Below, piece after piece: positions 23,202 to 31,461 of a DNA stretch of 32,798 nucleotides. The notes beneath the pieces are model-generated. The model saw nothing but the letters and a program-made list of their open reading frames with translations. It searched no databases and was not told the DNA's origin. This stretch comes from Planctomycetia bacterium (lineage in GTDB: Bacteria; Planctomycetota; PLA2; JAEUHO01): NCBI GenBank assembly GCA_043736435.1, contig JAYTCP010000536.1, positions 1 to 32,798 on the forward strand, read 5' to 3'. Each line of letters begins with the position of its first letter. Positions within the stretch are counted from its first letter, which is position 1. A program made the translations under genes and the position numbers.

Positions 23202-23735
23202 ATGCCCGCCCCGATCGTGATCCCGCGCCCGTCGGCGAGCGAACACTCCGTGGAGGTCGGCCGCTACCTGACCGAGGTCCCCGGCGAGGACGCGTCGCCG
23301 GCGCTCGCCGCGCAGGGTGCGGAGATGGACCGGCTGCTCGGTCCGCTCTCCGAGGAGCGCGCGCTCCACCGCTACGCGCCCGGCAAGTGGAGCGTGAAGG
23401 AGGTGCTCGGGCACCTCACCGACGCGGAGCGCATCTACGCCTACCGCGCGCTCCGCTTCGCGAGGGACGACGCGACGCCGCTCCCCGGCTTCGAGGAGAA
23501 CCTGTACGTGCCCGCAGGCCGCTTCGACGCGCGCCCCTTGGGCGAGCTGCTCGACGGATGGCGCACGGTGCGCGCGGGGACGCTTGCCCTCTTCCGCGGG
23601 CTCGACGGGGATGCGTTGGTGCGGCGTGGTGTGGCCAATGGGAAGCTCATCAGCGTCCGTACGCTCGCCTGGCTGGCCGTGGGGCACGCCCGGCACCACC
23701 TGGGCGTCCTGCGCGAGCGTTACGGGGTGCGCTGA
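23202..23735 (+). CDS. DinB family (DinB_2-like) protein
   Basis: ORF 22674..23735 trimmed to ATG 23202, with GGAG 5 nt upstream. It contains 'KWSVKEVLGHLTDAERIYAYR' and 'LAVGHARHHLGVLRERY', giving the His triad spacing typical of DinB four-helix bundles. Confidence 0.85.
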   Translation: MPAPIVIPRPSASEHSVEVGRYLTEVPGEDASPALAAQGAEMDRLLGPLSEERALHRYAPGKWSVKEVLGHLTDAERIYAYRALRFARDDATPLPGFEENLYVPAGRFDARPLGELLDGWRTVRAGTLALFRGLDGDALVRRGVANGKLISVRTLAWLAVGHARHHLGVLRERYGVR

Positions 23736-23750
23736 CGCGCGGACGGATCC

Positions 23751-23768
23751 GCGGGGGCCCCCCTCCGC
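23751..23768 (+). terminator. possible GC hairpin terminator after the DinB-like gene
   Basis: GCGGGGGCCCCCCTCCGC can form about a 7-bp stem with one bulged T, 16 nt after stop 23735. There is no U-tract. Confidence 0.3.
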
Positions 23769-23824
23769 CGCCGTGGCCCGCCGTCCCGGTTGGGCCGACC
23801 AGTCGCCGACGGTATCATCCGGCG

Positions 23825-26800
23825 GTGAACCCCGAAGGGAACCGACTCGGGATCTACCAGGTCGGCACGCTGCTCGGCAAGGGCGGCATGGGCGCCGTCT
23901 ACCGGGCCACGTCCCTCGAGGCGGGCCCCGCCGGGCCGGCAGGCTGCCCGGTCGCCCTGAAGGTCTTCCACGCCCACCTCGTGGATGAGGAGCAGGCGTA
24001 CGACCGCTTCCGCCGCGAAGGCGAGGTCGGGATGCGGATCCGCCACGAGCACGTGGTACGGACCTACGACGTCGGGCGCGAGGTGGTCGCGGGCGAGCGC
24101 GTGGACTACATCGTCTTGGAGCTGATCGAGGGGCAGACCCTCGCGGGCCTCCTCGCGGACCTGGGCACGGTGCCGGAGCAGCTGCGCTTCCAGATCGCCG
24201 ACCAGGCCCTCGATGCGCTGGATGCCCTGCACGCCCACGGCATCGTCCACCGGGACATCAAGCCAGAGAACATCGTGATCACGCCCGACCATCGCGTGCT
24301 CCTCATGGACCTCGGCGTGGCGCGCATCCAGGCGGCGGGACAGACCCTGACCCAGGCCGGCAACTTCGTGGGCTCGCTCACCTACGCCGCCCCCGAGCAG
24401 TTCCGGCCCGAGGAGGAGGCGATCGGACCCGCCACCGACCTGTACGCCTTCGGCCTCGTGCTCTTCGAGCTGGCGACCGGGAGGAACCCGTTCGCGCTCG
24501 ACACCGTCCACGCCATCATCCAGGCGAAGCTGCAGGCGGGCGCTCCGTCCCCGCGATCCCTGAATCCCGACGTCGATGCCTTCTGGAACGAGGTCATCGT
24601 CGCGGCGACCCGGACGAATGCCGCCGACCGGTTCGCCTCCGCCGCGGAGATGCGCACCGTCCTGCGCGAGGGCGAGGCGAGCGCGTGGTGGCGGGCACGC
24701 GAGGCCACGGTCGGCCGTTCGGTCGCGGAGCCCGCGCTCAGGCGGCTTCGCCTGGAGCGGGAGGTCCCTCTCGTCGGCCGGGCCGACGCGCTCGCGTTGC
24801 TCCGGGGCGCGTGGGAGCGTGCGCGGAGCGGAGGGTCGACCGTCCTGCTCGGCGGCCCGAGCGGCGTGGGCAAGTCGCGCCTCCTCTACGAGTTCCTCGA
24901 GCACGTCGCCGCGGACGGGGGACCCTCCATCGCCGCGGGCCGCTGCGTGGGAAGCGGCGGCCGGAGCTACCAGCCGTTCGTGGAGGCGCTCCAGGACCTC
25001 CTGATGCCCACCGGCGCTGGGCCCGCCGAGCGTCGTCGCTCGCTCCTGGCGTGGCTCGGCACGCTGCTCGCGGACACGCCCGGCGTGGTCCCGCAGTTCG
25101 CGGACTTCCTGCTGGGCGGGATCCAGCCGGGCGTCGAGGGCGCCTTCTCGAAGGACGCCCTGCTGGCCGCCTGCGCCCGCGTATTCGCGCGGCTGGCCGC
25201 CGAGCGTCCGATGATCCTCGTGATCGAGGACCTCCAGCTCGCCGGCGCCGAGTCCCTCGAGCTCTTCCGCTATCTTGCGCGCTGTGTGCCCGGGAACCCG
25301 ATCCTCCTCGTCGGGGCGTGCTCCGACGACGAGGTGGAGGAGGGCACGCCCCTGCACGCGCTCGTCTCCGCGCCGGCGGCGAGGGAGATCGAGCGCATGG
25401 ACCTCGCGCCGCTCGACGACGCGGGGGTCGAAGACCTCGTCCGGGCGGTCGTCCGTCGCGAACGGACGGTCCGGGCGCTGGCCCGGCCGCTCTACGAGCG
25501 CGGGGACGGGATCCCGTTCGTCGTCCTCGAACTGCTCAGCCAGCTCCGTGCCGACGGGGCCCTGGTCCCGCATCCGGACGGCCTCGAGCTGGTCCGCCCC
25601 CTCGACGGGGTCGCCACGCCCCGGACGGTGCATGACATCGCCGCGCAGAGGCTCGGCCGCCTCGACGACGAGCAGCGCGAGACGCTGGAGGTCGCTGCGG
25701 TGCTCGGGTACGAGTTCGACTCCGCGCTCCTCTCGGGGGTGCTCGAGCAGCCCCGGATCCTCCTCCTCCGCCGGCTGGCCGTGCTCGAGCGCAAGCACCG
25801 CCTCCTCGTGAGCTCGGGGAGGAGCGGCTTCCGATTCGCGAGCCGCGTGCTGTTCGAGGCCGTCTACGCCGGGATCTCCCCTTCGCTCCGGGACGAGTAC
25901 CACGGCCTCGTCGCGGACCGGCTCCTGACGCAGGTCAAGGCCGACGGTGCGCCGGCGCTGGATCGGGCGACCTCCTACGCGCTGCTGCGGCACCTGGTCG
26001 GCGCGGGTCGGGCGCTCGAGGCGGAGCCGTACCTCGAGGCCGCCCTCGACCACCTGGCCGCGAGCTTCCATGCGAGCCACGCCGCCCCCTTCCTCGAGCG
26101 GGTGGCGATCGCGTTCGAGCGCGGCGCGCCGGCGAAGCGCTTCCGCATCGCGATGCGGCTGTGGACGTTCTACGAGCTCCTCGGGAGCCGTCCGGACCAG
26201 ATGCGCGTCCTGGAGCAGGCCCGGGAGCTGGCGGACCGGATCGGCGACCCGAGCGCACGCGCGCGGGTCCACGGCTACCGCGCCGGTTCCTACTGGTACG
26301 AAGGGGACTTCGTGCGTGCCGCTGCGGAGGCGCGGACGGCCATGGACCTCGCGCGCGAGGCGGGTGATCGCGCGTGGGAGGCGACCTGCCACCACACGCT
26401 CGGCGCCGTGGCCTTCCGCCGCGGGGAGCCCGAGGCGGCCGCCGTCGAGCTGCGGGAGGCCCTCCGTATCCGGCGCGAGGTCCACGACCGGCGCGGCGAG
26501 GCGAGCACGCTGCAGGCCCTCGCGCTCGTGATGCCCCTCGTCGGGCAGGAGGCCGACGTCCTGGCGACGATGGAGGAGTCGCTCCGGGCGTGGCGCGAGG
26601 TCGGCGAGCGGCGCGGCGAGGCGGCGGTGCTCATGAACCTCGGCAACCACCTCGTCGACGAGTGCCGGTTCGAGGAGGGACTGAAGTCCCTCGAGCTGGC
26701 CATCGCGCGCCACCGGGAGACCGGCGCAGTCGTGAGCGAGGCCATGGCCCTCGCCAACCTGGGCCGTGCGCACCACGTGCTCGGCGACATCGAGCGGGCG

Positions 26801-27532
26801 CGCAGCGCGTGGGACCGGGCGCTGCGCCTGTTCGTCGAGATCGGCGACCCTCACGGGGAGACCCTGGTCCAGACGATGCTCGGGGAGGCGCTCGCCACCT
26901 ACGGCGAGCCGGCGGAGGCGCGGGCCCATCTCGAGGCGGCGGTCGAGCTGGCCACACGGAAGGGCGCGAAGTCCAGGCTCGTGGGAGCCCACCGCGAGCT
27001 CGGGCGCCTCCTCCACGGCAGCGGGCACCGTGCCGAGGGCTGGGTGCACCTCGAGAAGGCCCTCTCGCTCGAGGGCGAGACGAAGAACGTCACCAGCCGC
27101 GTCGCGACCCTCGGTGCGCTGGCCGAGGCGGCACTGGCGGACGGCGACCACGCGAGGGCGGAGGGCTACCTGCGCGAGGCCCTCCCCGACGCTCGCAAGG
27201 GGGTCACCGGGACCGCCGCCCTGATGCTTGGGCGCCTCGCGCGCGCGAACCTTGCGGCGGGCCGGGCGCAGGAGGCCACGGAGCTGGCGAAGGCGGCGCT
27301 CGAGCTGCTCGAGGCCTCGGGACCCGTCTCGCCGCTCGACGGCCCCGAGATCTACTGCGCGCTCGCCGAGACCCTGGGCGACGCGACGAGGCGCGAGGAG
27401 CTTCTCGGCCGCGCCCACGCGCTGACGGAGGAGCGCGCCCGGCGCATCTCCGACCTGGCGCGCCGCGAGCGCTTCCTCACGACGACCCGCTCCAATCTGA
27501 GGCTCCTTGCAACGAAAGGCGGCGGGCCGTGA
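23825..27532 (+). CDS. Ser/Thr protein kinase fused to AAA/STAND ATPase and TPR repeats
   Basis: ORF 22280..27532 trimmed to GTG 23825. Kinase motifs: GKGGMGAVYRA, VALKV, HRDIKPENIV, DLGVA and AAPEQ. Walker A is GGPSGVGKSRL and Walker B is LVIEDLQ. The C-terminal ~450 aa has repeated TPR-like units ending in 'GD..GEA..L..LG'. Confidence 0.9.
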   Translation: MNPEGNRLGIYQVGTLLGKGGMGAVYRATSLEAGPAGPAGCPVALKVFHAHLVDEEQAYDRFRREGEVGMRIRHEHVVRTYDVGREVVAGERVDYIVLELIEGQTLAGLLADLGTVPEQLRFQIADQALDALDALHAHGIVHRDIKPENIVITPDHRVLLMDLGVARIQAAGQTLTQAGNFVGSLTYAAPEQFRPEEEAIGPATDLYAFGLVLFELATGRNPFALDTVHAIIQAKLQAGAPSPRSLNPDVDAFWNEVIVAATRTNAADRFASAAEMRTVLREGEASAWWRAREATVGRSVAEPALRRLRLEREVPLVGRADALALLRGAWERARSGGSTVLLGGPSGVGKSRLLYEFLEHVAADGGPSIAAGRCVGSGGRSYQPFVEALQDLLMPTGAGPAERRRSLLAWLGTLLADTPGVVPQFADFLLGGIQPGVEGAFSKDALLAACARVFARLAAERPMILVIEDLQLAGAESLELFRYLARCVPGNPILLVGACSDDEVEEGTPLHALVSAPAAREIERMDLAPLDDAGVEDLVRAVVRRERTVRALARPLYERGDGIPFVVLELLSQLRADGALVPHPDGLELVRPLDGVATPRTVHDIAAQRLGRLDDEQRETLEVAAVLGYEFDSALLSGVLEQPRILLLRRLAVLERKHRLLVSSGRSGFRFASRVLFEAVYAGISPSLRDEYHGLVADRLLTQVKADGAPALDRATSYALLRHLVGAGRALEAEPYLEAALDHLAASFHASHAAPFLERVAIAFERGAPAKRFRIAMRLWTFYELLGSRPDQMRVLEQARELADRIGDPSARARVHGYRAGSYWYEGDFVRAAAEARTAMDLAREAGDRAWEATCHHTLGAVAFRRGEPEAAAVELREALRIRREVHDRRGEASTLQALALVMPLVGQEADVLATMEESLRAWREVGERRGEAAVLMNLGNHLVDECRFEEGLKSLELAIARHRETGAVVSEAMALANLGRAHHVLGDIERARSAWDRALRLFVEIGDPHGETLVQTMLGEALATYGEPAEARAHLEAAVELATRKGAKSRLVGAHRELGRLLHGSGHRAEGWVHLEKALSLEGETKNVTSRVATLGALAEAALADGDHARAEGYLREALPDARKGVTGTAALMLGRLARANLAAGRAQEATELAKAALELLEASGPVSPLDGPEIYCALAETLGDATRREELLGRAHALTEERARRISDLARRERFLTTTRSNLRLLATKGGGP

Positions 27533-27545
27533 ACGGCCCGCCGCC
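27518..27545. terminator. perfect 12-bp GC hairpin (GGCGGCGGGCCG-TGAA-CGGCCCGCCGCC)
   Basis: Seen directly in the sequence. The TGA stop of the kinase gene (27530-27532) sits in the tetraloop. The hairpin lies between convergent genes. Confidence 0.6.
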
Positions 27546-27549
27546 GGCA

Positions 27550-27575
27550 CCCGGTCCGCCCGTGGGGCGGACCGG
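27550..27575. terminator. perfect 11-bp GC hairpin (CCCGGTCCGCC-CGTG-GGCGGACCGGG)
   Basis: Second hairpin, 4 nt after the first and 12 nt beyond stop 27587 of the minus-strand gene. Confidence 0.6.
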
Positions 27576-27586
27576 GGAGGTTCGGC

Positions 27587-28678
27587 TCACTTCGTCTTGA
27601 TGGTCACGTTGTCCGTGCCCGTGATGCAGGATCCGTCCTCGAGGTCGGCGCGCACGGTGAGCTGCGTCGTGGACGCCACGATGACACCCGCGTCCACCAG
27701 ATCCGGGACGCCCCAGTGCAGGATCATGTCGTCGTCCCCGTCGTCGTCCACGTCCTCGATGGCCCACTTGTCGGCGAGGACGCCGCCGATCGTCGCCGTG
27801 GACCCGTCCACGTCTTGCGCGTCGAACGAGTCGGTCGTCAGGATCGCCACCGGCAGCTGGCCCTTCTTCTTGATGTTGATCGGGTTCGTGTCGCTGCCCG
27901 GCTTGATGTCGATGCCCACCAGCAGGCAGACGTCGGACTCGAAGTCGCCGTCACTGTCGAACTTCACGTTGTAGCGGAAGAGACTCGCCGCACCCGAGCT
28001 GTGGGGGAACATCTCGCCCTCGCCCGCCGCGGACAGGCCGGCATCGGCCGGCGCGAGCGGCACCACGGCGCCGAACACCGCAGCCTCCACGTCTGCGACC
28101 CCGTATTCCGATTCCGGGTACCCGGAGAGCTGCTCTGCGATGACCGTGGCGATCTGGGTGGTCGTGGGGAACGGATTGTCGGCGTTGGCGATCAGCTCGT
28201 CGAGGAGGCCCATGCTCGACGCCGCGAACACGGCGGCCTGGATGGCCGGCGCGACCCCGTCCGCCGAGGGCGTCACCATGTGGACCTCGTCGAAGTCGGT
28301 CGTGCTGAAGCTGCCGAGCACCGTGGAGGCGTTGTCCTGGAAATCAGCGAACGTGGGGTTGCCGTCACCCGCGGGGAGGGTGATCTGCGTGAGCGCCTGG
28401 TTCGCGGCAAACCGCGTGTCGAGGATGCCGCCGCCGCCCGTGAACGTTCCGATGTTCACGAGGATGGTCCGGCTGGGCGACTGATCACCCTCGCCACCCT
28501 CGTCACCCTCGCCACCCACGATGAACTCGTCGTCGAAGCTCACGATCAGGTAGACGGGCGCGGCGTTCGACGGATACGGCGGCGGCGGCGGATCGTCGGC
28601 GGTCGCGGTGCCGGGGACGAAGGCGATCGATGCGGTGAGGGCCACCAGCAATGACCAGCAAAGGGAAGGATGACGCAT
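27587..28678 (-). CDS. secreted acidic hypothetical protein with C-terminal Asp-rich, calcium-site-like module
   Basis: ORF 27587..28801 trimmed to ATG 28678, with AGGAGG 8 nt upstream. The signal peptide is MRHPSLCWSLLVALTASIAFVPGTATA. The C-terminus reads 'IDIKPGSDTNPINIKKKGQLPVAILTTDSFDAQDVD...EDVDDDGDDDMILHW'. Confidence 0.8.
   Translation of the reverse strand: MRHPSLCWSLLVALTASIAFVPGTATADDPPPPPYPSNAAPVYLIVSFDDEFIVGGEGDEGGEGDQSPSRTILVNIGTFTGGGGILDTRFAANQALTQITLPAGDGNPTFADFQDNASTVLGSFSTTDFDEVHMVTPSADGVAPAIQAAVFAASSMGLLDELIANADNPFPTTTQIATVIAEQLSGYPESEYGVADVEAAVFGAVVPLAPADAGLSAAGEGEMFPHSSGAASLFRYNVKFDSDGDFESDVCLLVGIDIKPGSDTNPINIKKKGQLPVAILTTDSFDAQDVDGSTATIGGVLADKWAIEDVDDDGDDDMILHWGVPDLVDAGVIVASTTQLTVRADLEDGSCITGTDNVTIKTK
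28485..28520. repeat. 18-bp tandem repeat inside the CDS (17 of 18 identical)
   Basis: TCACCCTCGCCACCCTCG followed by TCACCCTCGCCACCCACG. On the minus strand it encodes the GGEGDEGGEGD segment. Confidence 0.85.
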
Positions 28679-28905
28679 CGCACGTGCCTCCTGTCGGGCC
28701 CTGGTGCCCGTCTTGGGGGCGCGAGCATAGCAGCCGGTGCCTCGGCGGGGAACGGGCTCGTTGCCTTCGGGGTTGCCCCGGATCGCGAGGTATCGACGCA
28801 CTCGCAGGAACGGCCCGGAGGGCGGGCCGGCTCTCCGCCGCGCTCACGACCTCTCTTGACGTGCGCTTCGCAGAGGGGCCTGGCCGCCCCGGACCCCGCG
28901 AGGCA

Positions 28906-28923
28906 TGTCGAGAATTCTCGACA
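28906..28923. promoter_or_regulatory. perfect 18-bp palindrome TGTCGAGAATTCTCGACA (candidate operator)
   Basis: Self-complementary over all 18 nt, and over 20 of 22 nt as CATGTCGAGAATTCTCGACACG. It has an AT-rich centre in GC-rich DNA. It overlaps a second palindrome, GACACG-T-CGTGTC, at 28919..28931. It lies 228-245 nt upstream of ATG 28678. Confidence 0.5.
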
Positions 28924-29070
28924 CGTCGTGTCCACGAATCGCGACGTCTCCCGGGGTCCGGGCCGGCCGGAGGAGCGCGCCCCCTGCCGGTGAGGCCCGG
29001 TGGGTGGAAGGTGGGAGGGGAACGGGGGGGCGCCGGGGGGCGAGGCGCCCATTCCGCCCGAGCAGAGCCC

Positions 29071-31041
29071 TCAACGCCCGGAGGGAGCCGGCAGGTCGGG
29101 GGGGGCGTTGGTCCGGAAGCGGAACACGTAGGACCGCGGGAGGGCGTTGCCGCTGGTGTCCGTGATGGGTGCCGCGTTGACGCCCCCGTCGCTGCCTACG
29201 ACGGTCACCTCCACCTGCGTGCCGAACGGCAGGCCACCTTCCTCAGGGGCCCCACGCCAGGCGATCTCGAAGCCGTTGCTCTGGAGCCTCGGGAAGCCGG
29301 GGGCGGGAGAAATCATGGGCGGCGCGCCGCCGCCCGGGACGACGACGGCGTCGACGACTTGGATCGCGTATCGCGACACCGAAGCGGCCGAGATGGGCTC
29401 GCTGAATCGGATCACGATGTCGGGACTCGCCGAGCCGGCGAGAGTGACGCCGGCGACCGCCGGTGGATGGACCCCGGCTCCGACGCGCGACGCGCCGTTC
29501 ACGGGCAGGGTCGTGACGAGCGTCGGTGCGATCGTGTCGGCAGCGCCCACCGTGAAGGAATGGAACACGGGACCCGCCTCGAGGGGCGCGCCTCCGATAC
29601 CCCGGACCTTCGCGAAGATCGCGATCGAGTACTGGCCGTACGCCAAGGGCACCTCGGCCGGCGTGAACACGATGGCGTCGTCGCGGATCTCCACGCCCCC
29701 CCTTGCTGGCGGGAGGGGAGTGTTGCCCGTTCCGGGGATGTACTGGAGGATCTGCAGCGCGGCAAGGTCGACTCCCAGGGCCTGACTTCCGCCCAGGAAG
29801 ATCGAAGCCGGATCGAGCCGAGTTCCCGGCCGGAAGAAGACGACGATCTTGCCGGGGAACGCGGGATGGGTGTTGACGGTCAGACTCGAGTTCGTGTACG
29901 TGGGGCTGCTCCAGCCCGTCGCCGGATCGGCCGCCGAGGCGAGCGGCGAGAATCCGACGACCGCGGGCGCGCGCAGGACCGGCGGCGGACGCGGGTGCGG
30001 CGCGGGAGGCTCGGGGGCGCGACAGCAACACGCGGCGAGTGCCGCCGAGCACAGGCCGAGCGACACGACTCCGATGCGGCCTCCCCACGTGGGGCGCGGG
30101 TCGCCTAGGCCCCTCGGGTCGAGGAGCGCCTCGATCCGTCGCGTCAGCGCCTGGCGCCGTCCGAGGATTCCCTGGGCCCCCACAGCCTCGCGCATGGCAC
30201 AGGCGCGCTCGGCGATCCGCACGAGGCACGCGGCGTAACGCGGTCCCTCTTCGGGTCGAGCGCGCACGGCCTCCGCGTCGGCGAGCGCCTCGCTGAGCGC
30301 CTCGAGCCGTCGCGCAGCCAGGTGGGAGAGCGGGTTGGGCCACTGCACCGCGCAAGCGAGCCTTCCCAGGAGACCTGCGAGGGGATCGCGGCGCGCGACG
30401 TGGCTGCCCTCGTGTCGCCGCACGGCCGCGAGCTCCTCGTCCGACAGGTCCCGTGCGAGACCGGAGGGGATGGCCACGACGGGGGAGAGAAAGCCGATCG
30501 TCGCCGGGACCGCGAGCGCGTCGGAGACGAACAGGCCGTCGAGTCGGGGCTGACGTGACGCGACAAGCGAACGCCGGAGACGACGCAGCCGAAGGAGTCC
30601 GAAGGCGAGCCCCAGCAGCCCGACCGCCGTTCCGGCGAGCCAGAGCCACGACAGGAGGACGGGGAGCGGGAGTCTCGGAGGCACGGACCCGGAGGTCGGG
30701 CGTATGTCGGCCACCGATGCCGACGACCCGGTCGCGGGGGCGCCTCGGCCCGGATCGCCATCGGGCGCGGCCGCGAGGACGGGGCCGGGACGCGCCGCCA
30801 CGCCGGCGCGCGGGGCAGACGCAGCGTGCTTGATCGGGCCCGGGACGGGGCGGAGCCCGAGGCCGAGCGACGACGCGGCGATCGCCACGGCGGGCGCGAG
30901 CGCGGCGACGAGGAGGCCTGCGACGACGAGGGCGCGGCGTGTGGCCAGCCGCAGGCCGGGCACCGCGGAAGCCGCCAGGGTGGCGCCGAGCGCCCCCGCG
31001 CCCCCGAGCGCCGCCGAGACGAGGATGTCGGTCCCGCTCAC
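29071..31041 (-). CDS. BlaR1-like M56 peptidase signal transducer with C-terminal Ig-like (SbsA/Big_5-like) domains
   Basis: ORF 29071..31371 trimmed to GTG 31041, which overlaps the upstream stop (GTGA). It has multiple N-terminal TM helices. The zinc motif HEGSH sits in 'AAVRRHEGSHVARRDP'. The extracytoplasmic part has a Pro-rich linker followed by 'DTIAPTLVTTLPVNGASRV...VIRFSEPISAASV'. No penicillin-binding SxxK motif is evident. Confidence 0.85.
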   Translation of the reverse strand: MSGTDILVSAALGGAGALGATLAASAVPGLRLATRRALVVAGLLVAALAPAVAIAASSLGLGLRPVPGPIKHAASAPRAGVAARPGPVLAAAPDGDPGRGAPATGSSASVADIRPTSGSVPPRLPLPVLLSWLWLAGTAVGLLGLAFGLLRLRRLRRSLVASRQPRLDGLFVSDALAVPATIGFLSPVVAIPSGLARDLSDEELAAVRRHEGSHVARRDPLAGLLGRLACAVQWPNPLSHLAARRLEALSEALADAEAVRARPEEGPRYAACLVRIAERACAMREAVGAQGILGRRQALTRRIEALLDPRGLGDPRPTWGGRIGVVSLGLCSAALAACCCRAPEPPAPHPRPPPVLRAPAVVGFSPLASAADPATGWSSPTYTNSSLTVNTHPAFPGKIVVFFRPGTRLDPASIFLGGSQALGVDLAALQILQYIPGTGNTPLPPARGGVEIRDDAIVFTPAEVPLAYGQYSIAIFAKVRGIGGAPLEAGPVFHSFTVGAADTIAPTLVTTLPVNGASRVGAGVHPPAVAGVTLAGSASPDIVIRFSEPISAASVSRYAIQVVDAVVVPGGGAPPMISPAPGFPRLQSNGFEIAWRGAPEEGGLPFGTQVEVTVVGSDGGVNAAPITDTSGNALPRSYVFRFRTNAPPDLPAPSGR

Positions 31042-31454
31042 GGTTTGCCCCCCTTCTCCAAGTCGTCGAGTCTCGCGCGCAACCGACGCAGCTCGTCCGC
31101 GCTCACGTCGCCCGCGTCGAGCAGCGAGGCGACGAGCCCTTCGGTCGAGCCGCCGAACGCGAGGTCGCGCACCCGACGCAGGATCGCGCGCACCGAGGTC
31201 TGGCGGTCGCGGAGGGCGCGATAGACGTGGGTCCGGCCCTCGACGCGGTGCGTCAGGAACCCTCGCTTCTCGAGGCGATGGAGCAGCGTGAGGACGGTCG
31301 TCAACGCCATGGGGCGCTTCGCGGACACGGCGTGGCGCGCGTCGGCCGCGCGGAGCTCGCCCCGCTCCCACACGAGCCGCATCAACGCCATCTGGACCGC
31401 CGTGAGATCCCCGATCTCGTCCCGACCACCGCCACGGGCACGTCGCTTGGCCAT
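31038..31454 (-). CDS. BlaI/MecI/CopY family transcriptional repressor
   Basis: ORF 31038..31613 trimmed to ATG 31454. The winged-helix block is 'LTAVQMALMRLVWERGELRAADARHAVSAKRPMALTTVLTLLHRLEKRGFLTHRVEGRTHVYRA'. The C-terminus is a helical dimerisation region. Confidence 0.9.
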   Translation of the reverse strand: MAKRRARGGGRDEIGDLTAVQMALMRLVWERGELRAADARHAVSAKRPMALTTVLTLLHRLEKRGFLTHRVEGRTHVYRALRDRQTSVRAILRRVRDLAFGGSTEGLVASLLDAGDVSADELRRLRARLDDLEKGGKP

Positions 31455-31461
31455 GCGCGGG

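Noticed and set aside
22280-23824. 515-codon N-terminal extension of the kinase ORF (track ORF 22280..27532)
   Set aside because: The extension overlaps the well-supported DUF1579 and DinB genes and reads as Arg/Pro/Ala low-complexity sequence. The kinase G-loop begins about 20 residues after GTG 23825.
28670-29165. ORFs inside the 392-bp gap (28670..28993 +, 28905..29165 +, 28844..29074 -, 28546..29052 -)
   Set aside because: All are Arg/Pro/Gly-rich, lack SD sequences, and overlap one another. I treat the region as regulatory DNA.
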